From NCBI GenBank assembly GCA_015709635.1, contig CP054180.1:2177431-2241430 (forward strand): a DNA stretch of 64,000 nucleotides, given 5' to 3'. Position numbers and translations under genes: made by a program. The notes under the pieces were generated by a model. That model was not told the origin of the DNA. It did not search any database and worked only from the letters and a program-made list of their open reading frames with translations. Positions 50,879 through 61,429 of this stretch are shown here, piece after piece. This stretch comes from Gammaproteobacteria bacterium (GTDB lineage: Bacteria; Pseudomonadota; Gammaproteobacteria; Burkholderiales; Nitrosomonadaceae). Positions within the stretch are counted from its first letter, which is position 1, and the number at the start of each line of letters is the position of its first letter.

Positions 50879-51979
50879 TTAGTGATCCATTGCAGCTTTT
50901 GCATCAAAGCTTGCAGGTTTTTTGAGTTGGGTCATGAGATCATCATCCCATTTACCTTCAACGTTCATATGAAGTGCAGCACCCAGCAATACCGCTTCAA
51001 TCAGGTTATGACTGAGGTATACGTATAAACCAGGTTGTTTGAATTCATATGCTGCTGCAACAGCAGCACCGGCTGCAATAAACCAGGTTTCCTGGTTGGT
51101 CAGAGGTACGTCGTTGAATGAACCTTCTTGCCAGAACAGATCAGCATGACCACCGATCAAGTGCGGATAAGAAGGACGGTTAGATTGTGAGTGAACAAAC
51201 AATACTTTCTCGCCTACTTTGGCTTTCAATGCATTGTCACCTGTAATTGCACCAACAGCGCCATTAAACACTACGTGAGTAGGAATAAGTCCCTTTGCAG
51301 TTTCCAACATGTCGGCCATACCTTCAGCTGGTGAACCATAGGTTTTGAATTTTCCACTAGCATCTTTTGGCAGATAGAAATCTTGTTCACCGATGTAGAA
51401 TGCTTTGTCATATTTGTATGGTTTACCTTTGGCATCTTTCAAACCATCTTTAGGTAATACCATAACAGCGCCGTTCATACCGGAAATAACGTGGAACGGA
51501 ATCATGGTTCCGCCAGGTGCGCAATGGTAAACGAATACGCCCGGTTTAGTTGCTTTCCAGCGCAATACAACTTCTTCACCCGGTTGAATCAGTGTCAAGC
51601 CAGCACCGCCTAAAGCACCGGTTGCTGCATGGAAGTCAACATTATGTGCCAGCGTACTGCTTTTTGGGTTTTTTAATGTTAATTCTACGTAGTCGCCTTC
51701 ACTTACGACGATGAGCGGACCAGGAATACTGCCATTGAAAGTCAACCCCCAAACTTTCGCACCCGGAGCAACTTCAACCAGTTTCTCTTGGGTTTCCATT
51801 GTAACTTCAACAACTCTTGGCCCTTTTGAAACTTGATCATGCACCGGCACATTTGGTGGAGCCACCAATTCTTGTTTTACGCGTGGTAATTTAGAGATGT
51901 CTGTTGCAGCAACAACTGCTTGTGTTGCGCCTAAACAGAGCAATCCCAATCCTACAACTGCCTGAACAGCTTTAATCAT
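50879..51979 (-). CDS. nirK: copper-containing nitrite reductase
   Basis: [14 protein letters not shown] (T1/T2 Cu His ligands), [18 protein letters not shown] (Cys-His-Met T1 site), signal peptide. Start at the ATG preceded by GGAGGGA. Confidence 0.9.
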   Translation of the reverse strand: MIKAVQAVVGLGLLCLGATQAVVAATDISKLPRVKQELVAPPNVPVHDQVSKGPRVVEVTMETQEKLVEVAPGAKVWGLTFNGSIPGPLIVVSEGDYVELTLKNPKSSTLAHNVDFHAATGALGGAGLTLIQPGEEVVLRWKATKPGVFVYHCAPGGTMIPFHVISGMNGAVMVLPKDGLKDAKGKPYKYDKAFYIGEQDFYLPKDASGKFKTYGSPAEGMADMLETAKGLIPTHVVFNGAVGAITGDNALKAKVGEKVLFVHSQSNRPSYPHLIGGHADLFWQEGSFNDVPLTNQETWFIAAGAAVAAAYEFKQPGLYVYLSHNLIEAVLLGAALHMNVEGKWDDDLMTQLKKPASFDAKAAMDH

Positions 51980-52257
51980 ATCTCCCTCCATAAAAGATGA
52001 ATTTTGCGCTTTTCTTAGCACCATTCTAATACTACTTGTCATGTAATCATCGAGATTACCAACATCTGCCTTTCGCCATCGATTTGAACCAAAAGGACGG
52101 AACGGAGAATATACACTTTATAAAGAAAACTGTCTATTCTTAGTGGCTTGTAACGATCAAAGCCTTACTGAATGAATGGGATTGCAATCAACCGGAGCGA
52201 CATTCAAATTGCTCAATTTCTCGTTTCTTTGGTTAAAATCGGTTTTATCGATAATTC

Positions 52258-54252
52258 TCAACCCTGTATCAACTTAATTTCAGCCGCTGCGAGATTTTCC
52301 TGCGTGCCTCGCAGTACCACCACATCGCCCGTTTCCAGGCGTGTTTCTTCAGTCGGTAACAGTCCGCGGATGTTGCGTCTTCTAACTGCGGTGACTTCGA
52401 CATCCAGGCTTGTCAGATCGATCTCACCCAACGTTTTATTGATTGCAGCCGCACCGGGAACCATCGTGATGGTCAGCAAGCGCGGCAACAATCGCTCACT
52501 GCCGTCTTCCGCTTCATCGGTCACACCGTGATAGAAACCGCGCAATAGACTGTAGCGTTGCTCGCGAATTGCCCTGATACGGCGTAAAATCCGCCCGGTC
52601 GATATGTCGACGAACATCATGGCATGCGACGCCAGCATCAAACTGCCTTCCATAATTTCCGCGACAACTTCGGTGGCGCCGGCTTCTTTTAACAAATCAA
52701 TGTCGGCATTGTCGCGCGCCCGGACCACAACCGCGAGTTCCGGATGCAGTTCCTGAACATGTTTCAGGATTTTTAGTGCGGAAACCGTATCGGCGTAACT
52801 GACCACCAGCACTTTGGCGCGCATCAAGCCCGCTGCAATCAACACTTCACGCCGCGCCGCGTCGCCATAGACCACCGCTTCCCCTGCGCTGGTGGCTTCA
52901 CGGATACGTTGCGGATCGAGATCAAGCGCGATAAACGGTATGGATTCTTGCTCCAGTATGCGCGATATGTTTTGTCCGCTGCGTCCATAGCCGCAAATAA
53001 TCACATGATTTTGCGCCACCATGGTCTGCGCCGCGATGGAAGTGATTTGCATGGCGCGATACATCCAATCCGAACCGTAAAAACGGTGAATCATCGATTC
53101 GCTGTACTCAATCAGAAACGGGGCAATGAACATCGACAACACCATCGCCGCCAGCACTGGCTGCAGAATCGAATTTTCGATCAAACGGAACTCACCGGCC
53201 TGTGCCAACAATACGAATCCGAACTCCCCTGCCTGCGCCAGACTCATGCCGGTTTTGATCGAGACGTTGGAATCCGCGCCAAACAAACGCGACAATCCGG
53301 CAACAATTATTATTTTCAACACGATGAGGGCTGCCAGAATCACGACGATCCACAGGAAATTCTCCACGACGACTTCCATATCCAGCAGCATACCGATCGT
53401 CACAAAAAACAGACCCAGCAAAATATCGCGGAAAGGCTTAATGTCGTCTTCAACCTGATAGCGGTATTCCGTTTCGGAAATCAGCATACCCGCCAGAAAA
53501 GCGCCCAATGCCAATGACAGGCCGGCCAATTCGGTTAACCATGCGATTCCCAGCGTGACCAACAGCACGTTGAGCACGAACAATTCCGATGATTTCTGGC
53601 GCGCGACCAAATGAAACCAAGGGCGCATCAATTTCTGCCCGAAAAACAGTAAAAATGCCAGAACCGCAATCACCTTCAGCGCAGCAACCGAGAGCATCAG
53701 ACCAAAATCGCCGGTATCGCTATCAATCTCAACCGCCAACGCCGGCATGATGATCAATAAGGGAATAACCGCCAGATCCTGAAACAGCAGCACACCGATC
53801 ACTTGCCGGCCATGGGTGGAATTCAGCTCCGCCCGCTCCGTCAGAATTTTGCTCACAATCGCCGTTGAGGACATGGCCAGAGCGCCACCCAATACCAATC
53901 CGGCGTGCCAATCCAGTGCAAGCATCCAGGCAACCGCCATCACCAACGCAATGCAAATGATCACTTGCGCCGTGCCGAATTCGAACACAATGCGCTTCAT
54001 CGTGATCAGCTTTGGCAAGCTGAATTCCAGCCCCACGCTGAACATCAAAAATACCACGCCAAATTCGGCCAAATGCTGGGTTTCATCGATATCCGCTATC
54101 CATCCTAACGCGTAGGGTCCGATACTCACGCCCGCCAATAAATAGCCGAGCATCGGCGGCAAGCGCAGCATACGGAACACGACGACAGCCAGAACTGAAA
54201 CAGCTAACAAAATAAGAATAGGTGGCAGAGGATCAGACATTCGCTTCAGCAA
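52258..54252 (-). CDS. CPA2-family monovalent cation:proton antiporter with TrkA-N/TrkA-C domains (KefB/YbaL-like)
   Basis: About 12 TM helices in the N-terminal part, then Rossmann VIICGYGRSGQ and a C-terminal RCK_C-like region. Confidence 0.85.
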   Translation of the reverse strand: MLKRMSDPLPPILILLAVSVLAVVVFRMLRLPPMLGYLLAGVSIGPYALGWIADIDETQHLAEFGVVFLMFSVGLEFSLPKLITMKRIVFEFGTAQVIICIALVMAVAWMLALDWHAGLVLGGALAMSSTAIVSKILTERAELNSTHGRQVIGVLLFQDLAVIPLLIIMPALAVEIDSDTGDFGLMLSVAALKVIAVLAFLLFFGQKLMRPWFHLVARQKSSELFVLNVLLVTLGIAWLTELAGLSLALGAFLAGMLISETEYRYQVEDDIKPFRDILLGLFFVTIGMLLDMEVVVENFLWIVVILAALIVLKIIIVAGLSRLFGADSNVSIKTGMSLAQAGEFGFVLLAQAGEFRLIENSILQPVLAAMVLSMFIAPFLIEYSESMIHRFYGSDWMYRAMQITSIAAQTMVAQNHVIICGYGRSGQNISRILEQESIPFIALDLDPQRIREATSAGEAVVYGDAARREVLIAAGLMRAKVLVVSYADTVSALKILKHVQELHPELAVVVRARDNADIDLLKEAGATEVVAEIMEGSLMLASHAMMFVDISTGRILRRIRAIREQRYSLLRGFYHGVTDEAEDGSERLLPRLLTITMVPGAAAINKTLGEIDLTSLDVEVTAVRRRNIRGLLPTEETRLETGDVVVLRGTQENLAAAEIKLIQG

Positions 54253-54355
54253 AAATTTTTCTGTATAAAATCGTAAGATACTTCAGGATCGGGCACTTCA
54301 CAATGTGCTCAAAACATAATGCTATAATGCCCGCGGTTTAATACTTCATACGGAA

Positions 54356-55651
54356 ATGCCAGTACCTCATCTTTCTACCGCCCTGCGCGGGCCTATCCTC
54401 GATCTTGAAAGCCGTATCATCAATGCCATGCCAACCATCGAGCATTGGTTGAGAAACAAATGGCGCGAGCACACCGTACCTTTTTACTGTTCGGTCGACT
54501 TGCGCAACAGCGGCTTCAAATTGGCACCTGTGGATACCAACTTGTTTCCCGGCGGTTTTAATAACCTGAACCCGGAATTCATTCCGCTGTGCGTCCAGGC
54601 GATGATGAGCGCGATTGAAAAAATATGCCCGGACACGCATAGCATCCTGCTGATCCCGGAAAATCACACGCGCAATACGTTCTACTTGCAGAATATCGCC
54701 ACCTTGCAAAACATCTTACAGCGCGCCGGGCTGAATGTGCGCCTCGGCACGCTGCTGCCCGAAGTGACTACCGCTACCCGGATTGATTTGCCGGACGGGC
54801 AATCGATAACGCTCGAGCCCATCATCCGTAAAAACAATAAGCTCGGTGTCAGCAACTTCGATCCCTGTGCGGTGCTGCTGAATAACGATTTATCGAACGG
54901 TGCGCCGGAGGTTCTGCAGGACTTACAGCAAACAGTTATCCCGCCGCTGCATGCTGGCTGGGCAACACGGCGCAAATCGGAGCACTTTGCCGCGTACGAT
55001 CGCGTGGCGCAGGAATTTGCCGACCTGATCGGCATCGATCCCTGGTTGATCAATCCGCGTTTCACCTCGTGCGGGGAAATCAATTTCCTGGAAAAACAAG
55101 GCGTAGAATGCGTCGCGGCAGCGATTGACCGTATTCTCTCGGTGATCGGCAAAAAGTATCAACAGTATGGCGTCAAAGAAGACCCGTTTGTCATCGTCAA
55201 AGCCGATTCCGGCACCTATGGCATGGGCATCATGACGGTCAAGAGCGGCGAGGATATCTATAATCTCAACCGCAAACAGCGCAATAAAATGGCAGTCGTC
55301 AAAGAAGGACTGCAAGTTTCCCATGTGCTGGTGCAGGAAGGCGTCTACACCTTTGAGACGATCAATCAGGCGGTTGCCGAACCGGTGGTGTACATGATCG
55401 ACCGTTATGTGGTCGGCGGTTTTTACCGCGTGCATACCGGGCGCGGCATCGATGAGAACCTGAATGCCCCGGGCATGCATTTCGTGCCGCTGGCGTTCGA
55501 AACCACCTGTCTGGAAGCCAACGCCAAGCAACCGAATATCATCCCGAACCGTTTTTATGCCTATGGCGTCGTCGCCCGTCTGGCGCTGTTAGCCGCCGCG
55601 CTGGAACTGGAACAAACCGATCCGCATGCGCAGCTGCCGCTACCGGCTTAA
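54356..55651 (+). CDS. gshA: glutamate--cysteine ligase (proteobacterial non-enteric GshA type)
   Basis: VPFYCSVDLRNSGFKLAPVDTNLFPGGFNNLNPEF is characteristic of this GshA class. Directly followed by gshB. Confidence 0.8.
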   Translation: MPVPHLSTALRGPILDLESRIINAMPTIEHWLRNKWREHTVPFYCSVDLRNSGFKLAPVDTNLFPGGFNNLNPEFIPLCVQAMMSAIEKICPDTHSILLIPENHTRNTFYLQNIATLQNILQRAGLNVRLGTLLPEVTTATRIDLPDGQSITLEPIIRKNNKLGVSNFDPCAVLLNNDLSNGAPEVLQDLQQTVIPPLHAGWATRRKSEHFAAYDRVAQEFADLIGIDPWLINPRFTSCGEINFLEKQGVECVAAAIDRILSVIGKKYQQYGVKEDPFVIVKADSGTYGMGIMTVKSGEDIYNLNRKQRNKMAVVKEGLQVSHVLVQEGVYTFETINQAVAEPVVYMIDRYVVGGFYRVHTGRGIDENLNAPGMHFVPLAFETTCLEANAKQPNIIPNRFYAYGVVARLALLAAALELEQTDPHAQLPLPA

Positions 55652-55659
55652 GTGCAACC

Positions 55660-56619
55660 ATGAAGCTCGCTTTTATCATCGATCAGCTGGATTCGATCAA
55701 AACCGCCAAAGACTCCAGCTATGCGATGATGCGCGAGGCATTTGCCCGGAATCATCAGATTGATGTGCTCTATCAGCATGATCTAGCTTTGCTCGACAAC
55801 ACGGTCACCGGCTTCTGCCGTTCCTTGACGCTGACAGACACGCCGCTGCAAGACGGTCATTGGTATCGCACAGGCGACATCCTGCCTAGCGCGCTGAATC
55901 ACTTCGATGCCGTGCTGATGCGCAAAGACCCGCCGTTTGATCTGGAATACGTCTACAGCACGTATCTGCTGGAATTAGCGCAAACGCAAGGCGCGCTCGT
56001 CATCAACAATCCGCGCGCCATCCGCGATCACAACGAAAAACTGGCCATCGCGCAATTCCCGCAGTGGATCGCACCCTCGCTGGTGACCAGCCAGGCGCAC
56101 ATGATCCGGGAATTTCTTGCGCAGCACCAGGATATCATCCTGAAACCGCTCGACGGCATGGGCGGCGCCAGCGTGTTCCGCGTGCACAGTGCGGATCACA
56201 ATATCAGCGTGATTCTCGAAACGCTGACCCATTACGGTACGCGAACCATCATGGCGCAACGGTTTATTCCCGAGATTGCGCAAGGGGACAAACGCATCCT
56301 GCTCATCGGCGGCAAGGCCGTGCCCTATGCCTTGGCGCGCATCCCCAAACCGGGAGAATCGCGCGGTAATCTGGCCGCCGGCGGCACGGGAAAAGCGCAA
56401 CCGCTATCGCCACGCGACCAGGCAATCGCGGAATCGCTCGGGCCTGAATTAGCCACGCGCGGCTTAATGCTGGTGGGATTGGACGTGATTGGCGATTATC
56501 TGACCGAAATCAACGTCACCAGCCCGACCGGCATGCAGGAAATCACCCAACAGACAGGATTTAATGTGGCAGGAATGATGCTGGATGCGATTGAATCCAG
56601 CGTTCGAGGCAAGCACTAA
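55660..56619 (+). CDS. gshB: glutathione synthase
   Basis: MKLAFIIDQLDSIKTAKDSSYAMMREA, VLMRKDPPFD, GDKRILLIGG, and NVTSPTG (ATP-grasp). Confidence 0.9.
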   Translation: MKLAFIIDQLDSIKTAKDSSYAMMREAFARNHQIDVLYQHDLALLDNTVTGFCRSLTLTDTPLQDGHWYRTGDILPSALNHFDAVLMRKDPPFDLEYVYSTYLLELAQTQGALVINNPRAIRDHNEKLAIAQFPQWIAPSLVTSQAHMIREFLAQHQDIILKPLDGMGGASVFRVHSADHNISVILETLTHYGTRTIMAQRFIPEIAQGDKRILLIGGKAVPYALARIPKPGESRGNLAAGGTGKAQPLSPRDQAIAESLGPELATRGLMLVGLDVIGDYLTEINVTSPTGMQEITQQTGFNVAGMMLDAIESSVRGKH

Positions 56620-56628
56620 TCAAAAAAA

Positions 56629-56991
56629 TTACCGCCGGAAACCGCAGTGCAACACAAAATACTGTGGATTGTACTGCACCAACGGTTGGTACAGTTTTTT
56701 CAACTCTTCCTCGGGTCCGTGAATCTCCAAACGGACGATCTCAGCCATCGTTAGCGCTTGCTGCAGCAGATCACCCACATTATCCAAATGTGCCAACAAG
56801 CTTTGCGCATCCTCGTACCCTTCACGGCAATAGGCTTCGTCACCCTGAAAGCAGAAACCATAGTAGAGGCACTTTTGCCCGCTGCTTGCTCTGGCAACAA
56901 ATTGCTCGCATAGTTGTTTGAACCGGTCAACTTGACCCTCGGCGATCTTGAAATACGGTGCAATCGAACAGCATCGGTCGTGAGTCGACAT
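56629..56991 (-). CDS. ABM (antibiotic-biosynthesis-monooxygenase-like) domain protein
   Basis: 120 aa with a ferredoxin-like beta-alpha-beta pattern. Weak call. Confidence 0.4.
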   Translation of the reverse strand: MSTHDRCCSIAPYFKIAEGQVDRFKQLCEQFVARASSGQKCLYYGFCFQGDEAYCREGYEDAQSLLAHLDNVGDLLQQALTMAEIVRLEIHGPEEELKKLYQPLVQYNPQYFVLHCGFRR

Positions 56992-57136
56992 GGATTTAAG
57001 TGATTTGAAGCGGAAGAGGTTTTATCACGATGAGATCATGAAAAACCGGATTCATCATTAATAAGCCCGGAACAGACACAACTCGCATTGTGATCCGTTC
57101 CGGGCTGATCGTAAGCTAAAGCTTGTTGTTACAAAA

Positions 57137-57880
57137 TTAGTGAACCGTTGCAGCTTGTTTTTCTTCGCAAATCAGATTGCTGCAATAGGTTTCATGGATG
57201 CCGTCCAGGAAACCCCACAACGCATCGCACGCTTCCTTGGTTGCAGCCAGCACTTCGGCTTGTTTTTCCGGGGTATCGGCAAAGCGCTCGATGATGGCCC
57301 ATTCGGCTTGCGAGTGATAAATATCGGCTTTTTGGTGAACTGAGAAGAATTCGTAATCTTCCGGGTTGTTCATGCCATAGAATTTAGCCAGACCATCGAT
57401 TTTTACCGCTGCGATGTCGGGCACTTGCGATTCAAATGCGTGCAATGCAGCCAATCCGGCATAGAATGGGCGATTCAGGCAAATATCGCGGAAGGTGTTG
57501 ACGAGATTTTCGGTGGTCGGCAATGCCGCTGTATTGGCCAGGATTTTATCGTTCGCGCCCAAGGCGAAGGCGAAATTTTTCCATAAGGCCGGATGATTTT
57601 TCTCACCGTGTTCTTCGTCGATCAGATTGCGCAACACTTCCTGACGCACGCTGATGTCGCCGCTGTTGGTGTCGGAATGCATATGCGGTGTATTGAAGTG
57701 CACCGCGCTCAAATAGGTCGGTTCGGCCAGTACGTTGTAAAAATATTGTTCGGCATAATGACGCAATTGCTCCTTGGTCAATTTACCTTCGGTCCAAGCG
57801 ATATAGAAGGGATGTTTGAGCAAATGCTTTTCGCTGATAATGGCGCTGATTTTTTGTTTGAGCAAAGGTTTGGTGGTCAT
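57137..57880 (-). CDS. CADD/PqqC-like di-iron protein (CT610/NE1434-type putative pABA synthase)
   Basis: KHLLKHPFYIAWTEGKLTKEQLRHYAEQYFYNV..YLSAVH and NLIDEEHGEKNHPALW are colinear with Chlamydia CADD as I recall it. Confidence 0.75.
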   Translation of the reverse strand: MTTKPLLKQKISAIISEKHLLKHPFYIAWTEGKLTKEQLRHYAEQYFYNVLAEPTYLSAVHFNTPHMHSDTNSGDISVRQEVLRNLIDEEHGEKNHPALWKNFAFALGANDKILANTAALPTTENLVNTFRDICLNRPFYAGLAALHAFESQVPDIAAVKIDGLAKFYGMNNPEDYEFFSVHQKADIYHSQAEWAIIERFADTPEKQAEVLAATKEACDALWGFLDGIHETYCSNLICEEKQAATVH

Positions 57881-57983
57881 GGTTACTCCTTATAAACCGT
57901 GGTGGATAAAGTGCTGCATATCATCGCTAAATAACACCGGCAAGTCAAATTTAGGGAAGCTCCGAAAAACGGCCGTGTTTGGC

Positions 57984-60272
57984 TTACGCGGCGTCCAAGC
58001 GACCAGCCAACTGCCGGCTGGCGGCAATCATATTGCTCAGCGCCGGTTTTACTTCGTCCCAATTGCGGGTTTTCAGTCCGCAATCCGGATTCACCCACAA
58101 CCGCTCGGGCGGTATGCGCTGCGCGGCTTTTTGCATCAACTGGATGATCGAATCGACCGACGGAATATTGGGTGAGTGGATATCATACACGCCCGGCCCG
58201 ATTTCGTTCGGATATTGAAACTGATCGAAGGCATCGAGCAATTCCATATCCGAGCGCGATGTTTCGATGGTGATCACGTCCGCATCCATGCGTGCAATCG
58301 CTTGGATGATATCGTTGAATTCCGAATAGCACATATGCGTATGAATTTGCGTTTCGTCTCTGACACCGTTGGCAGTGATGCGAAAAGCGCGGATGGCCCA
58401 GTTGAGATAATCGTTCCATTGCGACTTTCTCAATGGCAATCCTTCGCGCAGCGCCGCTTCATCGATCTGAATCATGCGGATACCGGCCTGTTCCAGTGCC
58501 AATACTTCGTCGCGAATCGCCAGCGCCAATTGCAGGCAGGTTTCCGAGCGCGGTTGATCGTCGCGCACGAACGACCAGTTCAACATGGTCACCGGCCCGG
58601 TCAACATGCCTTTCATCGGTTTCTTGGTCAGCGATTGGGCGTACTCGATCCATTCCGTGGTAATCGCTTGCGGATGGGAAACATCGCCGTAAATAACAGG
58701 AGGTTTGACGCAGCGCGAACCGTACGACTGCACCCAGCCGAATTCGGTAAACGCGAAGCCATCCAGATGCTCGCCGAAATATTCCACCATATCGTTACGC
58801 TCGGGTTCGCCGTGCACCAGTACATCCAGTCCCAGCGCTTCCTGCTCGCGCACGCAGAACTCGATTTCTTTTCGCATCGCCCGGCGGTAATCCGCTTCGG
58901 TCAATTGACCGGCACGGAAATCGCGGCGCGCTTGGCGGATCTGCTGCGTTTGCGGAAACGAGCCGATGGTCGTGGTCGGGAACAGCGGCAAATGGAATCG
59001 ATTGCGTTGCACCACCGCCCGCTGCTGATAAGGCGAACGGCGTTTACCCATGGCATCTGTGACTTCCTGCAGTCGCCCTTTGACCTCAACTTGATGCACA
59101 CGCCGCGACTGCTTGCGGCTGGTAATGGCCGCCTGATTCTCTTGGAGCGCTGCGGCAACGCTAGCCCGGCCATGATTCAAAGCTTTCGCGAGGATAGCGA
59201 TTTCATCGAGTTTCTGCACGGCGAATGCCAGCCACGAACGGATATCCGCATCGAGTTTCTGTTCGCTATCCAAATCGACCGGCACGTGCAGCAGCGAGCA
59301 GGACGGCGCCAGCCACAACCGGTCTTGCAAACGCGTGTGTACCGGCTGGAGCCAATCCAGCACGGCGGTCAAATCGGTTTTCCAGATATTCCGGCCACTG
59401 ACAACACCGAGCGACAGGATTTTGTGCGACGGCAGCCAGTCGATCACCTTGGCGACTTCATCCGGCGCACTGACGGCATCCAGATGCAGCCCGGCCACCG
59501 GCAGCTCACACGCCAGTTGCAGATTGTCCTGCAGTTGGCCGAAATAGGTCGTCAGCAGCAATTTAATCGGTGCTGCCTGTAATTGGAAATATGCTTTGCG
59601 CAACGCATGCTTCCATGGCTCCGATAATTCCATGACCAGCACCGGCTCGTCGATTTGCACCCACTCGGCACCGGCATTTTTGAGCGCACCCAGCAATTGC
59701 GCGTAAACCGCCAGCAGATCATCGAGCAAATCCAGTTTTTCGCTGCTGTCCTTGGATTTTCCCAGCCACAAATAGGTCACCGGCCCCAAAATGACCGGTT
59801 TGACGCGCGGATGGATGTGCTGCGCTTGCCGGATCTGTTCGAGCAGGCGGCTCGCATTCAACGAGAACTTCGTGTCGCGGGCAAACTCGGGCACGATGTA
59901 ATGGTAATTGGTATCGAACCACTTGGTCATTTCACCGGCACTGACGCAACTGCACGCGGATTTATCCGCAGCCGATCGCCCACGGGCGACGCGGAAGTAA
60001 CTGTCCAGCTCACTGCCCGTCAAAGCGCTGACCCGCTCGGGGATATTTCCCAGCAGGAAGCTGGTATCCAGCACATGATCGTACAATGAAAAATCACCCG
60101 CCGGAATCCAATCGAGCTGGGACTGGTCCTGCCAATGCTGCGTTTGCAGATTCCGCGCACTATTCAATAAAGCAGCTTCGGAAATGGCGCCTTGCCAGTA
60201 TTTCTCCAAAGCTAATTTCAATTCCCGGTTTTTGCCGATACGCGGGAATCCAAGATTGTGTGTCGTTACCAT
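57984..60272 (-). CDS. metE: cobalamin-independent methionine synthase
   Basis: 762 aa. [19 protein letters not shown], and C-terminal Zn site motifs ([16 protein letters not shown]). Confidence 0.93.
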   Translation of the reverse strand: MVTTHNLGFPRIGKNRELKLALEKYWQGAISEAALLNSARNLQTQHWQDQSQLDWIPAGDFSLYDHVLDTSFLLGNIPERVSALTGSELDSYFRVARGRSAADKSACSCVSAGEMTKWFDTNYHYIVPEFARDTKFSLNASRLLEQIRQAQHIHPRVKPVILGPVTYLWLGKSKDSSEKLDLLDDLLAVYAQLLGALKNAGAEWVQIDEPVLVMELSEPWKHALRKAYFQLQAAPIKLLLTTYFGQLQDNLQLACELPVAGLHLDAVSAPDEVAKVIDWLPSHKILSLGVVSGRNIWKTDLTAVLDWLQPVHTRLQDRLWLAPSCSLLHVPVDLDSEQKLDADIRSWLAFAVQKLDEIAILAKALNHGRASVAAALQENQAAITSRKQSRRVHQVEVKGRLQEVTDAMGKRRSPYQQRAVVQRNRFHLPLFPTTTIGSFPQTQQIRQARRDFRAGQLTEADYRRAMRKEIEFCVREQEALGLDVLVHGEPERNDMVEYFGEHLDGFAFTEFGWVQSYGSRCVKPPVIYGDVSHPQAITTEWIEYAQSLTKKPMKGMLTGPVTMLNWSFVRDDQPRSETCLQLALAIRDEVLALEQAGIRMIQIDEAALREGLPLRKSQWNDYLNWAIRAFRITANGVRDETQIHTHMCYSEFNDIIQAIARMDADVITIETSRSDMELLDAFDQFQYPNEIGPGVYDIHSPNIPSVDSIIQLMQKAAQRIPPERLWVNPDCGLKTRNWDEVKPALSNMIAASRQLAGRLDAA

Positions 60273-60373
60273 AAATCACCACTCCAAGATTAATCAAAGT
60301 GGCGCTATTGTATGAAGGATGAATAATAAATAATAATGATAAGTTTTAACGTTCCAATAAGGTTACCTCATAC

Positions 60374-61273
60374 ATGATCGAGCACAGCCATCTGAAAATC
60401 ATCCAAGCGCTGCACACCAACGGCACCCTCACCGGAGCCGCCAATGCGCTCTGTCTCAGCCAACCCGCGCTGTCGCATCAAATCGGTTATCTGGAAAAGA
60501 AACTCGGCGTCGCGCTATGGGAACGCGATGGCCGCAGCCTGCGCCTGACCCAGGCGGGCAAGCTATTGCTGGAAGCCGCCAATCAAGTGCTGCCAGTGCT
60601 TGCACAGACAGAACAAACCCTCCAAGCCTACGGCGAAGGCCGGCAAGGCATTCTGCGCATCGGCGTGGAATGCTACCCTTGCTTCGAATGGCTCACCGGC
60701 ATGATCGGTCAATACATGCGGCAAATGCCCGGCATCGATGTCGACATCGTGCAGAAATTTCAATTCTCGGGCTTGGAAGGCTTGCTGAATCATCACATCG
60801 ACGTATTGATCACGCCCGACTTGGTGCGCAAAGACAGCATCGAATACGAAGTGCTCGCGGAATATCAATTGGTGCTGCTGGCAGCACCCGATCATCCGCT
60901 GGCGGATTTGCCACAAATCACACCGGAGCTTTTGAGCAAGGAAACGCTGCTGACTTTCCCGGTACCTCTGGAACGACTCGACATCCTCACGCACTTCCTC
61001 ACCCCCGCACACCTCGAACCAGCCAAACTGAAACAAATCGAATCACTCGAAATCATGCTGCAAATGACCGCCCTCAACCGCGGCGTGTGCGTGCTGCCGG
61101 AATGGCTCGCCGATATCAAAAACAAGGACTTGAATCTCAACAAAATCCGGATCGGCGACCAAGGGCTTTATCAGAAATTGTATTTGGCGCTGCGGAAATC
61201 CGATCAAGCCATACCGTATATCAAATATTTCATCACTGCGGGGCAACAATGGACCAAAAAATCATCCGTTTGA
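60374..61273 (+). CDS. metR: LysR-family regulator, MetR-like
   Basis: Divergent from metE. N-terminal HTH MIEHSHLKIIQALHTNGTLTGAANALCLSQPALSHQ parallels E. coli MetR. Confidence 0.8.
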   Translation: MIEHSHLKIIQALHTNGTLTGAANALCLSQPALSHQIGYLEKKLGVALWERDGRSLRLTQAGKLLLEAANQVLPVLAQTEQTLQAYGEGRQGILRIGVECYPCFEWLTGMIGQYMRQMPGIDVDIVQKFQFSGLEGLLNHHIDVLITPDLVRKDSIEYEVLAEYQLVLLAAPDHPLADLPQITPELLSKETLLTFPVPLERLDILTHFLTPAHLEPAKLKQIESLEIMLQMTALNRGVCVLPEWLADIKNKDLNLNKIRIGDQGLYQKLYLALRKSDQAIPYIKYFITAGQQWTKKSSV

Positions 61274-61429
61274 ATGCGATGTTTCCCGCTGTATCACGGA
61301 AAATTCATCAAGCTTACAAGCGGCTATCTTCCGTCATGGTTTATATATAAAATACCGGCGTCAGCAAAAGCTGACAGACGTTCAATACAACAAGCATCAT
61401 TTATTTTTAATCACTAAGGAACAATAACA

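Noticed and set aside
52140-52160. FNR/Anr box upstream of nirK (TTGTAACGATCAA)
   Set aside because: The spacing is one nucleotide short of TTGAT-N4-ATCAA, and only the right half-site matches.
58176-59582. 468-aa ORF on the plus strand, plus other long ORFs inside 57984..60272
   Set aside because: It is antisense to metE, whose homology is unambiguous. The product is Arg/His/Gln-rich and low in complexity, which is typical of a shadow ORF in GC-rich coding DNA.
60273-60373. Cobalamin riboswitch upstream of metE
   Set aside because: The metE-metR intergenic region is only about 100 bp and AT-rich, too short for a B12 element. The divergent MetR gene fits protein-based control instead.
60517-61350. 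277-aa ORF overlapping metR in another frame
   Set aside because: Its Arg/Pro/His/Ala-rich composition has no domain pattern. The MetR frame has a clear LysR HTH and substrate-binding domain.
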